A DNA stretch of 58,597 nt, filler included, from Diploschistes diacapsis (lineage: Eukaryota): the NCBI GenBank assembly GCA_023645945.1. It is 4 parts of 4 records of this genome, joined end to end, with 100 filler letters (N's around TTAATTAATTAA, not from the genome) between each part and the next. Parts side by side here need not be neighbours in the genome. Positions count along the whole stretch, not along the records: positions 29,371 to 43,941 come from JALAIB010000599.1; positions 44,042 to 58,597 come from JALAIB010000600.1; 2 more parts are not named here. One strand, 5' to 3'. The position numbers were made by a program, and so were the translations under genes. Every line of letters starts with the position of its first letter. The first letter of the stretch is position 1. Below are positions 37,843 through 49,995 of the stretch, piece by piece. The notes under the pieces were generated by a model. That model was not told where the DNA came from, made no database searches, and saw nothing but the letters and a program-made list of their open reading frames with translations.

Positions 37843-38776
37843 TTATCAACAATACCGGGCTGTGATGGAGATTCAGATTCCGATAATGGTTGCCATACAC
37901 GCACAAACCATGTTGGCCTGTTTTGCTCGACGACAAGTTCCAAAACAGGGGCAGTTTGGCAAAACAGGCATTGGTAATTAATACGGAACAAGAAGTTCTA
38001 GTCTCGATTGTGCGATCTTCCCTGCTTGTGCTCTTTTTGGGGCGGTCCAATATCGTTTATTGTCCATCCTTAAGCGCATCATTTGCGGAGGGGGGTCTGT
38101 CTACCATTGTTGGCTGGACGGCGGCTGCATTGCGATTCGTGTTTTCCTCTCGAGTGGATCTTGCTCCGTGCTCATTCTCAGCAGTTAGTGTGCTCCGTAC
38201 AGAGTGCTCCGCCGTCCAAACCCTAGTCAGCTTGCCGAGACCATAACGGCTGCGATTACTACTATTACTTCATCCTGCCCTACACAAAATCTGCCATTGC
38301 GCAGGCAAAATCCCCGGTGGGGAGAGGGCAGTGTGGCTTTGCGGTGGCTTGATTTATTGCTCTACTAATTAATTGAGGACAGACAAATTATTGCTGAAGG
38401 GGAAGAAGCACGAAGCAGTACGTGGCTCAGTGGGCAGCAGACGTGATGTTAAAATTAGGTCAATCGAAAGTCGATAAAGTGTAATAATGTATTGGTCGTT
38501 CTACAAAGCAGGTACACTAGTATAGTAGCTATCGGTCGAATTGTTCTAGCGTCGATTGACAATTTGAACAGCCTGGCCTATTGATCGAGGGGATTTTGGG
38601 GGGGGGGGGGTGAGGTGAGAGACGCCTCGCGGCGCTGCTGATTGCTTGCCTGACGTTACCACTTTACCCCCCTGTCCGCTAGCAGGGAGCTATCGGTCGA
38701 TAGCACTATTCAATTGCTGATACCCGTCGTACCCAGAGACTAGAGTCCTAGACTACTAGTATTTTTACTAAAATGA

Positions 38777-38858
38777 GACTACAACTACGACTACAACAGC
38801 AACTACTACTATGACTACTCATACTACTATTACTACTACTATGACTACTCCTACTACT
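38777..38858. repeat. Imperfect (ACT)n microsatellite
   Basis: Direct reading. Confidence 0.85.
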
Positions 38859-40427
38859 AACCTACCGTACGCAACTAGCACGACTGGGGTACATCTTTTC
38901 GATACTCCATACTCCATACTCCACTGGTCTACCACCATTTACCACCCAATCCAAAGCTATACTCAATTGGTCATTAGTGCGCACAGCTTATCCCCCCAAC
39001 CACCATCAACTCTTTCGCTTTCTTTCTTGCCCTCCACTCACCAAACGCCAATTGGGGCCCCTGTCCGACTTCCCACTTCCTCCCATAGAGAAAAAAAAAA
39101 TCACGCTCTGTCTCTATGTCTGTCCCTGTCTCGATAATCAAGAGCTCTCTCCCCCCTTCTCTCTATCCATTTGCACCTCTCCTGCGCATGGACTATGGAC
39201 TATGGACAATAGGAGAGAAGGTAAATACTGCCCTCCTTCATCATCCTCCCCCTGTCATGCCTGTCATGCCCGTCTATTATTGATCTTCCCTTTTCATCCC
39301 ACCCACATTACTGCACGGTGGTACATATTAGTACTTCCTCAGCCCCTCTCTGCCCACTCACCCTTTCCTTTCCCCACCCACCCTAGCTAGCTTTGCTGAT
39401 TTAGCTCTCGCCTTAGGCTTTGGGGTGCAGCAGCAAGTAGCAGCAGCTGGAACGATTGCGAGTGAAGAGATAGAGAGGAGAGGAGAGAAGAAAGAGAGAG
39501 AGAAAGAAAGCACAAGAAAAGATCGTGCTTCATGCTTCACAACGACTGCGCCTTCTGTTACTGACGAGCACGACGACCATTTACGATTTCAATTGAACGA
39601 TTCATCTTGTTCGCATGTCGACGCCGCTACCCGCGCTTCACGGCTCTCGTCTTTGACTCTCGTTCTCGCCTATGCCCGTTGAATGCACCTAAAACAAAAG
39701 TCGTCCGTTCCCAACTCGCCTTGCATTGAAACGAGCAAACTGTACCTTGATGAATTGAAACGAACATCACGAAGCTTCACTCAACTTCAGCGCCGCATCT
39801 CTGCTTCTTTCCCCCGACACCGCCACTCTGCGAAACTCACCTTGGAGCTTTGCCTCAACGTTGGTACTCCTGCGCCTTTTCAAGTCGACACCTCCCATAT
39901 TCCAGATCTACGATTCCATACCGATATCATAGCGAACTTATTGGCAACCTCACGCATCTAAAGGGCTCAAAGAGCCTCCCCACTGCACCGAGCGCGTTCT
40001 TCGGCGTGAGGTCTCTACAACTCCACAGTATTCGCTAGGATCGCCCACGGCCGATCCTACGAACACCGGAAAGCTGGAGCTACCATCGATATCCCAAGTT
40101 GATCCCCAAGGCCCTGCCGGCGTGCCGTGGTACACCACCCAGCCCGGCCACCGCTCACTCACAGTCAGCGATCGGTTGCCAGACATACACCTATCGCAGA
40201 CGGGTCCACTCAACGCTCCGTTGGCGACGCGTCCTTCCCGTGGCGCCTCGTTCGACTCGAGCTCCAACCACAGCAACTCCGCGCCGTCCCTAACGTCTTC
40301 GTACTCGAGCATTGACACGGGGTTGGGTATTAAGACCCCGCCATCTGCAGGCTCACCCGAAGCTTCTTCAGTTCTCTTTTCGAAAGATCAACCACAGTAC
40401 TTTCAGGAGGCTGCCTACAGCGGCAGC

Positions 40428-42549
40428 ATGAACCAAAGCCACCCCTATATGGACAACCAGCATCCTCATCTGACAAGTGGACCCTCATACGCACCTCACC
40501 AGCAGACGAGCGGAATGTCTCACTATCAGTACCCCACTCAAGCGTCTACCGCATATGCACCTGCTCAATCTTCGTACGGGCAATACTATGGTGGAGTGAC
40601 ATCGCCCCACCCTGTTGGCCATCCGGTTTCGGTTTCGATGGGGACTCAGTTGCTTCCTTTGCCGAGTGAGTGTTCTTTCGTGCCCCGTGAAGGGATTGAA
40701 GCTAGCACATACCGCGCACATTGCTCGTCAAACCCTGCAGCTTGGATGCTAACGATTCACAGCAATGGGCGCAACAGCCCATCCCCAACATTCCTACGGC
40801 GCTCCTGGCGGCCATGCTCAAGGCTATTCTCAAGGAAACTTCGACACGACCGGCCAAGTCGCGCCTCCAGGCGTCAAGCCCCGTGTCACCGCGACTTTGT
40901 GGGAAGATGAAGGCAGCTTGTGTTTCCAGGTCGAAGCCAAGGGCGTCTGTGTTGCTAGGCGAGAAGGTAAGACTGCACCACCTGGCGACTTCTTGACGAA
41001 GGGTCCTTCCTGGGAGCTGCGGTCTCTGCGTTGTACAACAGCTAAGCACTACCATTAGACAACCACTTCATCAACGGCACGAAACTACTCAACGTTGCCG
41101 GCATGACAAGGGGACGCCGCGATGGCATCTTAAAGAGCGAAAAGACAAGGCACGTTGTTAAGATCGGTCCAATGCACCTTAAAGGCGTCTGGTAGGGATT
41201 TACGTAGCGTCAAAATTGAATCCCGAAGCTGACTAGTACACTACAGGATTCCTTTCGATAGAGCTTTGGAGTTTGCCAACCGCGAAAAAATCACCGATCT
41301 TCTGTACCCGTTGTTCGTCCACAACATCGGCGCGTTGCTGTACCACCCGACCAATTCAAGCAGAACGAACGCGGTCATGGAAGCTGCAGCCAACCGCACG
41401 AGGAGGCCAGACAAGGGAGTCCAGGGCGGCATCCAGGTGGGACCGGGAACACAGCCTGCGGGTCTCCATCATCACCACTCAATGAGCGGTCATATGCCTT
41501 CCTCCCAAGTCGGGAGACCGATCCACCCGGAGCGCGCTCACACCTTTCCGACCCCACCGACAAGTGCCTCCAGCGTGATAGGAAGCCAGAGCAATTCCTA
41601 TGATTGGAACAGCCAGAACATGAACGGAAGCGTGCAAGCGCCTCAACCCTTGGCTATCGACACCGGACTCAGCAATGCGCGATCGCTACCTAATACGCCA
41701 GTGGCCACTCCGCCTGGCAGCTCCATGCCGAACATGCAGCCCTACCAAGCTCAGCAGCCTTACGATTCCAAGCCCGTGTATTCGGCCGCTCCCCAGCAGC
41801 AGAGCCAGTACGCAACCCAGCAACAGAACATGGCGCGTTTTGGGCAACCCTTGTCGAACCCCTACGTCAAGAGTGAGATGCCCCCACCGAGCCGAACGGC
41901 GGGAACTTCTAGCGAAGGAGATCACCCGGAGATCAAGCAAGATCCCTACTCGCAACACGGAACCGACCAGGTTGGCCACGGTGGCGCAGACGAAGAGACC
42001 AATCATGAGCACGACAACAACGACTATTCAAACGACGGCAACAATGCGTACAATGCCAATCGTGCGTCCTACAATTACAATACTGCCAATGTATTGGGGG
42101 TCCTTCATGGCGAATCCACCCATCTCTCCCCCGAACAGGTTAGCGGTTCGCCTCATACAAACGGCTCTGGTCGGGTGACTCCTCGCAACGCGTCCGCTTC
42201 GCAGCCACAGTGGAATACGGGCTACAGTACGCCTCCGCGAGCGAACCAAGCGAGCAGCCTCTACAACGTCAACGATAGTCGGGGCGCCGTCGCCAACGGG
42301 CACACTGGCGTAGACAATTATCCTACGTCGGGTTATAGTTCGAACGCCGTGAACGGAACGAGCATGTCACTCAAGAGAAGCCGCGAGGATGAAGATCTCG
42401 ATTACAAGCCTCGAGGGGCCAGCGGAACCGATATCGAATCGCTCAAGCGCCGAAGAAGTGGCCGCGAGAACAGCATCGGTGCCATGTCGGCCTACGATCA
42501 GAGCAGTTTGACTCGACCGGGAAACACCATTATCCCTCGACTGCGGTAG
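40428..42549 (+). CDS. stuA: APSES transcription factor StuA (Asm-1/Sok2/Efg1 family)
   Basis: Exons 40428-40665, 40763-40966, 41059-41191, 41247-42549. APSES domain [59 protein letters not shown]...[33 protein letters not shown]; also [14 protein letters not shown] and SLKRSRE. Confidence 0.97.
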
Positions 42550-43941
42550 CTGTGCTCTCTGCACGGTCAACCTCCCGATCCATTGTAAACATTACTTGGC
42601 CGCCATCAAATAGACACCTCCGTGACGCATCGACTAACGACGTAACGCAGCGAGCTTGCATTCCAAAACTCTTGAGCAGAACTTTTGTCGAGCTATCAAC
42701 ACCCTCCATGGCGCCACCTCGGGAAGCCGGGCGGAATTAGGCCAAAGCCGGGGGGATTTTATGTTTCTCCATCTGTTTATGACCATTTTTGTTTACGGCA
42801 CGCTATTGCTAATACTCTTGCATCTATAACGATATTATGAAACGACAACTTCGATTCTTCTCACGAGTCCATCGGCGAGCGACCCCTGGTTTCTCAAGGA
42901 TGAGACGATTATGACCCTGGCGTGACTGCCGATGGGAGCATTATACAGGGGGAATGGTATCAAGATGACATGTGTGGACGAGAGCCTCGAAAATGACAGC
43001 AAAGCGACTTGTTCAGACTCTTGATACATGTGACGACGATCCGTTCAAGCGCCACCTCCTTGACTCTATTATATTTCCTTTGGGCTCACTCACGACTAAA
43101 TTCATTCGCTACAGAATATTTCCTTGGACAGAGACAAAAGTTTGAGGCGGACGGCGCGATTGTCAATGGCACCATCAAGTCCCCGGGAAGGCTACGAAAT
43201 GACGACTATCAAAGAAAGCATAAACGGACGGGAAAGGGGGGAGGAACGCGCATGTGGGACGCATCATTTACGCAAGCGGGAACGGGAATGAGACGAAAAG
43301 TTGAGGAACGACGTTGTGATGGGTTGATGACGGCGGCATCAGGCCTTTTTCGTTTATTGTCTCTTCTCCATATATTAATGTCTTTTACGATGTTGGATTT
43401 CGTTTGAAAAGGGGAGTGGGGAAGGAAAAAGAACATGCCATTTTGCCGTTGCTCTACAGAACTCCTCCTCTAGCAATGGGAATATCAGCCGTTTGATGTG
43501 TGTACACGCACTCGGTCCGCGACTTGTCGTGCGCAGCAGTGCATGCATCCCATTCTGACTCGTGCTATTTTCGAACCCTTTCCCCACCCAAGCTTTAAGT
43601 TTTCCTAAACCGGCGACACAAGAACAAGCCACTTGCTTTGCGCGATGACATCAACCATCAAATGCGGCCACCTACACTGGCATCTCCTCGCCTCTCCGAT
43701 TCCCGGAATCAGGGAAAAACCCCCTAATCTAACAAAAACGGAACAGGAAAAAAAGAATTGGGGGGGTGAGAGAAAAGAAGGCCCCGCTGGACCCTTCCCC
43801 ACCCCAGCTCATCTTCATCCTCCTCCGCACCTCCTCCTCGCAACCCCCGTCTCGTGTAAGAAGGAAAAAAAAAAAAAAAGACCGCCCTCCTCCCCATCCG
43901 CCCCGACCTGAGCTGGGGCCCCAGTCTAACGGGCTTCCTTC

Positions 43942-44041
43942 NNNNNNNNNNNNNNNNNNNNNNNNNNNNNNNNNNNNNNNNNNNNTTAATTAATTAANNN
44001 NNNNNNNNNNNNNNNNNNNNNNNNNNNNNNNNNNNNNNNNN
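43942..44041. other. Artificial contig-joining spacer
   Basis: N44-TTAATTAATTAA-N44. Confidence 0.99.
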
Positions 44042-44867
44042 TAATTTTTATTAATCGAGAAACCTTTAGACTTATTTAAATCAAATTGTTCTTATAGAAA
44101 ATCGAGGCTCGAAAGAATCCGTCCGGAAAAGCGACATTTCTGTATAAAAAAAGATTCCACTAGATCACGAAACTGAAAGAACAGAGCCTAACAATCGCGT
44201 ATAGATACGCTTTCGCCAGAACATTGCTGGGAACGTCACGACACATGAAATATATTAACAAAATCATTAATATTTAATATACGCGAATAACGATCTTCTG
44301 TTTTTCTCAAAAACATGTTAAAGAATATTATTAGAATACATAGCGAAAACATTACCTACATAATATAAGCCATATAGATATAATGGAACGGAGGAAAGCG
44401 AACGAACCATTAACCCGAACAGGTTTTCCGATATTTTTAAAAAAAAAGGCTTATTCTGCGTCATTATAACGAAATTAATTAATCCGAAAGAAAATGATAT
44501 CAAACCCGTTGCATGATAAAGCGACTTATAGCTCTTTAAGGAAACTTAGATGAAAGCCGGCCAGCGACAGGGACAAATTTATCAGAATTAGCCGTCCGGC
44601 TCGCGTAATAGTTTCCATAGATGAGGCTGCTTTGAAGGTCAAACCGAATATGTTTACTGAAATATAGACCAAAAAGATCAGTAAAAACGCAGGATTTAAA
44701 AGGTTAATAAGACTATAGCGACGAATAAGATGCGAATAGGTAAAGTATTTCAAGATAGGAAAAAAGACTCGATTTTAAACTCGGATCAAAAAACGGCGGC
44801 TACTAAACATTATATTAGTATAAAGCATCGTCGTTATTGCTATTGCGTACATCTATGTTATCTTTAT
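44042..44867 (-). pseudogene. RIP-mutated ferric reductase-like transmembrane protein (Starship FRE type), 3'-truncated
   Basis: Reads I-K-I-T-*-M-Y-A-I-A (reverts to MEITQMYAIA), KYFTYSHLIRR, VYISVNIFGL, RAGRLILINLSLSLAGFHLSFL, YKSLYHATGLISF, ENLFGLM, AYLYAI, LYRNV. Confidence 0.7.
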
Positions 44868-45299
44868 AACTTATCTAGAAGTATAAAAATATAAATAGAT
44901 ACCGAATTTAAATATGATAGAAATATTTTTTGAAACAGACTAAAAGGTGAAGAAGAGGAGAGAAAGAAAAAGGAAGAAAGAGATGGACGGAATAGTTTGC
45001 CGCTATAGTTCTATCTAAATCATATAAAAAGAAAAAATTGGAAAAAATATATGAAAGAGAAACATCGGGGTATGTTAAAGATATAAAAAAAATATTCAAA
45101 AGGAACTTTATGTTTCGTAAAGCTAATTAACCGCTTATTCGCTAAAAACCGCCATAATCTGTTTTACGCGTCAAAAGTATATTAAATTAAACGCTAAGAT
45201 CGAAAGTAAATGATTATAATCAATTACATAATTCCGATTTCGCGGGATATGTTTCCGCGGCCGTTAAAGCGTTAAGAAAAATTTTCTATTATTAGAACC

Positions 45300-46387
45300 T
45301 ATATCTCCTACGAATGAAAACCACGACCACCTAAATCAATTACTACAAGCTTTCCTTCCGAGACGGGTTAAGAAGAAATCTATACTACCATAAATTAGCT
45401 AGGAACCTCGGTTCTACTGTTCTACACGTACGTACCCGAGTTCTTCCGCCGACGAGGCGGACGTGATCGCGGAAAGAAAGTTCACGGCGTTATAATTAAG
45501 AAACCAACGGTCCAGACTTTCTAACCCGACAGCGCCGTTGTCCAGAACGTATTTTTATATAAATTCCATCGTGATAAAATCAAGTATTTTCAAATCCCGA
45601 ACACAATTCGTACTACTACAACAGGATTCTTGGCCGCCTATCGCCTGTCAAAAAAGCATCGGACGGGATTTAGACGAAATACCGATCTAGAGATTCCCGA
45701 TCTAGGTGAATAGGATATCTGCGCTAATGAGCGAGCTATATTCGAGATCTTGCTTATAAAGGTAAATAAGTTCTTCGAGTACCTACTTCGGTTAACTCGT
45801 CTGACGTGTAATTAGGGTGTTTAAATCATCTGTCGTAGGATAACTGTTAGCTATTTTTGGTCCGGATAGACGGAACTTTCGACCACTTACGCAAGAGATA
45901 GAAGAACGTAATCAAACATAACGAAAAAAGTTTTATCGAAATCGTATATTTCTAACGGAAGCACGAACCGTTTATATCGAAAACGTTATAGTATTAATAT
46001 CTTCTCGCCCGCGGCCTTTTAGTCGAAAGTCTTAAAAACAAAAAACTTATCGAAAAAGTTTTTTCTGATAATTACCGATATATAACCTCTTATTTTTAAC
46101 TCGTATTTTTTATCGTACTGATTCTATGGCGACGAGTTTCTTGTTTTAATATACTCGTAGGGTCTAACGTTCGCTTTAGTTGCGTTAACGGTAGTCAATT
46201 TCAAGATCTTGGGCCCAAATCCAAAAATGCGATTTCGAAATTTATTAATAATCGATTTCGACGGGCGTAAACCCTTCTTAATAGGTTACGAAGTAGGATC
46301 TTCGCTATTCTCCGTTATCGAATCATTAATTAGCCCGTCGAGATTAATACGTATAAAACGGTTCGATGTTCTGCTTTTTATTCCTAT
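45300..46387 (-). pseudogene. RIP-mutated degenerate protein-kinase-like gene
   Basis: Reads SSP*NQYDKKYEL, RFRYKRFVLPLEIYDF, SSVYPDQK*LTVILRQ, LIYLYKQDLEYSSLISADILF (catalytic-loop position, no HRD), ITMEFI*KYVLDNGAVGLESLDRW, AVNFLSAITSASSAEEL. Confidence 0.6.
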
Positions 46388-46685
46388 ATGATTTTCAAAA
46401 TTACTAAATTAAAGTATTATAATCAACAATTTAAACTTAACGAATAATAAAGAAAAGAAACAAATACTAAAAAATATAAATATTTATTTTCGTGCCACTC
46501 TAACAGCAACGAGGTTAATCGAACAATATATAAAAGCGGATTATTAATTATAGAAAGGGAACGGTTTTCGGCTGACCTTTATTGAGCAGCTATTTTAGGC
46601 GCCGAAAGCGATGTCACCCAAATAGACCAGTATTTAAGGTTCTTAAGAACTTCTAAAAGAAAGGTTCTTAAGAACTTCTAAAGAA

Positions 46686-49600
46686 ATGTTCTTATCGAAA
46701 AATCCGAGCTATTATTAGCGTATAACGCTTCGTCGTCGTTATATTAAAAACCATTCCGGGAAAAGAGGTACGCCTCGAAACTAAAAAGAACGTTAAATAT
46801 CGAAGTATAGCCCATGTGCAACTTTAATATCTATATTTTCGTTAAGAACCGGCCGGCGAAATCAGCGCAAAGAACGTGGAAAAGCTTAAAAAAACTTTTA
46901 AAAAAGATTATCGCAGGTTTGACGCAAGGAACCACGTCCCTGCCGTTATAGTTCAATAGGATTTAAACAGCGTTCTTATAATTTCCGGACTATCTCGTTA
47001 ATCTTTATTTAATAGTACGGCTAACGATTATTTAGAATTATTATTTCCGCCCGGATATCGTCTAGAATGCTTATACGATAGATATAAGATCTCGACCGTA
47101 AAGAAGGTATTATCGGTACCCGATAAATAATAAACGGTCGACTTTTACCTTATAAATATGCCGGATTTTATATATTAAAACTTAACTCTAAGCTGATCTA
47201 GACAAGATATTAGTACAGAAACGAAGATATACTTGATTAAAAAGTATTCGAACGAAAAACGACCGAATATTAACGAAATATATCGTAAGATACGACAACA
47301 TTATTTTTATAATAACGCGATTTTTAAGAAACGATAGAGGACGTGGTTAAATCGTTATAAAATTAAGAATTTATAACGTCTTTTATTACGCGATCGGTGG
47401 ACGATTGCGTTTAACGAACTTCTCGATATCGCTAAACTTTAAAAAAAAATAATATTAAACACGTTATATACGGCAATAAATATTAAGTACGATAAAATCA
47501 GCGTTCGGCTCGAGTTTAGAACGAATGTTCATTATATAATAAAAGATTTTATATTATTTACGTCGTATTAAAAAGATTTGGTTTCATCTTTTTCAGAACG
47601 ATAAAGATATAATACGAAAAATAAACCGAGCAACGGTCGTTATTTTATAATTAAAAACCTCTCGGACGTCGATCTATAATATAAGCTTCTTACGCGGTAG
47701 GATACTAAAAGGCGAGATTTTCGGCGCCTTCAACGATCACGAACGTCGCGGGATCTTCGAGAAACTATAAACGGTTCGTGATCTAATTCCTTTTTTTAAC
47801 GACTTATTTAGGAATTTATATTATTTAACGACGTTAGTAAATTACTTTAAATGATTAACTCCCGTATCGCGTCGAAAGACTGTCGCAACGGTGATACAAA
47901 GGATATTCTTTAACGCCGACGGAGTGCTATATTAAAACGCAGTAGACATTACAACCTGTACGTTAGTAGATTTAGCTCGCCGTTTTGCTTTCGGGTATCG
48001 GTCGCTTATTATTTTTATTATACGAAATTACCGGAAGCTTCCCAAAAAGCTTTTAAACAGAAAGCTATTAATAAAATTAATTACCGATATCGACAGAACG
48101 TTGCTTTATGAATTTACGTATCTGGTAACGAGTCTCGGCTTCAATTCCCCCGAGATCGACGAAATGTAAAAGTTCTCGACTTCAATAATTATCGAGACAG
48201 CTTCGGTGCATTCTATTCTAATTTTTGTGACAGAAGGCCCCGGAATGCCTAAAAAGAAAAAAAATAACATCCCATACATACAGAAATACGATAACGAGAA
48301 ACAATTCCTTTCGGTAAATCACTTGTATCGTGATATAGAAGAAGTAAAAGAAGGGATCATCTCTTTTTTTATTCGAAAGGATGTCTATTGAAACTTTTTC
48401 GATAGATAGATTCTAGACGAAACGATCACGACAGCGTAGGGGATGTCGAGACGAGTCCTACAAATGACAGCACACGCGGAGTAGACGCAGCTCCAACAAC
48501 GAAGAATAGAACAAGAAAATTTGGAGCAAAAAGGGTTAACACGGTTGAAGCAAATCAGATCAGATCACGAGCAATTAGAACAACAAATGCTAGAATAAAA
48601 AAGGTAATTAGAGAGGCTGGAACGGAGAAAATCAGAGGAAGAACAGCAAATACAATTACGCGAGGCAAGATTAGAACGATTAGCACGGCTAGAACAAGAG
48701 AAGTTAGAACAAGAAAGACTGACACGTCTGGAACAGGAGAGGGTGGAGCAGGAAAGACTGGAAAGAATAGAACAAGAAAGATTGGGGCGAGAAAGACTGG
48801 AAAGAATGGAACAAGAAAATTTAGAGCAGGAAGGGCTGGCACGGTTGAGGCAAATTAGATCAGATCACGAGCAATTAGAACAACAAATGCTGGAACAAAA
48901 AAGGCAATTAGAGAAGCTGGAACGGAAAAAATCAGAAAAAGAACAATAAATATAATTACGCGAGGCAAGATTAGAACGATTAGCACGACTAGAACAAGAG
49001 ATGTTAGAACAAGAAAGACTAGCACGTCTGGAACAGGAGAGGCTGGAGCAGGAGAGGATGGAGTAGGAAAGACTGGAAAGAATAAAACAAGAAAGATTCG
49101 AGCAAGAAAGAGTGGAGAGAATCGAACAAGAAAGGCTACAACAAGAAAGATTAAAACGAGAAAGATTAAAAAGAATAAAACAAAAGAGGCTGGAACAGGA
49201 AAGATTAAGACGAGAAAGACTAGAAAGAATAAAATAAGAACGACTCGACCAGAACAAGGCTAAAGTTCCCCAAAATAAAACCTTAAAAAAAGAATAAACG
49301 GAAGAAAAAGAACGTAGAATCCAGCAAAATAAACTATTCGATCCAAAAACTTCTACTTTAAAAATAACGATCTTGGAAGATCCGGAAGAAACTACTGGCT
49401 ATAAGCGGAAAACGCTATTAAATATGGCGAAGCTCTTGGGCCACTCGAGCTCGACCAGCGAAAACCCTCCTAGAAAAACTAACGACCACAGAAAACTACA
49501 GAATCCAACTATAACCTCTAACCACTCTCTAGCGCAACCATACGAATTACAGGACGCAGCCGCATCCGCAGTCCCATCTTCGCCGCCCGTTCCAGATCCA

Positions 49601-49995
49601 GCCGGTGCACTCCTAAATGAAGCTCATTTTATCAAAAACATAATCCCCGTCCGATTTTAAACGCGATACCTTATCTCTTAAAAAACCGTTCGAAAATATT
49701 AACAATCAAAAGTTAAACGAACCGCGAAAGACTTTATAATAAACAAGAACATACTCTTCGATACAGAACTATATATAATATTATTATATAACTATCTTTC
49801 GGTCGTTATTGCGAATAGGACTTACATAATCCTCGTTGTTCTAGAAGTACAAATAGACATAGACAATATATTTATAGAATCGGTAAAAAAGGTACACGCA
49901 AAAGTTCTATATTTTCACAAAGATACTAATAAAAAAAGGACCATAAAGAATATATCTCGACAGCATCACGAACGGAAGAAACAAACCTTATAACA
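46686..49995 (+). pseudogene. RIP-mutated DUF3723-like gene no. 1 with EQERLER coiled-coil repeat insert
   Basis: Reads VRLETKKNVKYRSIAHVQL, KNVEKLKKTF...RFDARNHVPAVI, LECLYDRYKI...DK**TVDFY (reverts to LECLHGRHRI...DKWWTVDFY), YSNEKRPNINEIYRKIRQH, and near the end VKRTAKDF...LFDTEL. Confidence 0.75.
48509..49110 (+). repeat. 300-bp tandem duplication within a Glu/Gln/Arg/Leu coiled-coil coding repeat
   Basis: 48511-48750 aligns without gaps to 48811-49050 (offset exactly 300). Shorter GAACAAGAAAGA units continue to about 49250. Confidence 0.92.

Noticed and set aside
37584..38050. ORFs with NTNT / VLVL / IPIP runs
   Set aside because: Translations of the hexanucleotide microsatellite.
43941..44042. 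Starship relic inserted downstream of stuA
   Set aside because: The two lie on different contigs separated by an artificial spacer.
48500..49260. Repeat array as possible CRISPR or satellite, and hydrophobic minus-strand ORFs 48555..48842 and 48865..49257
   Set aside because: No constant repeat with unique spacers; the periodicity is codon-based coiled-coil sequence and the minus ORFs are its shadows.
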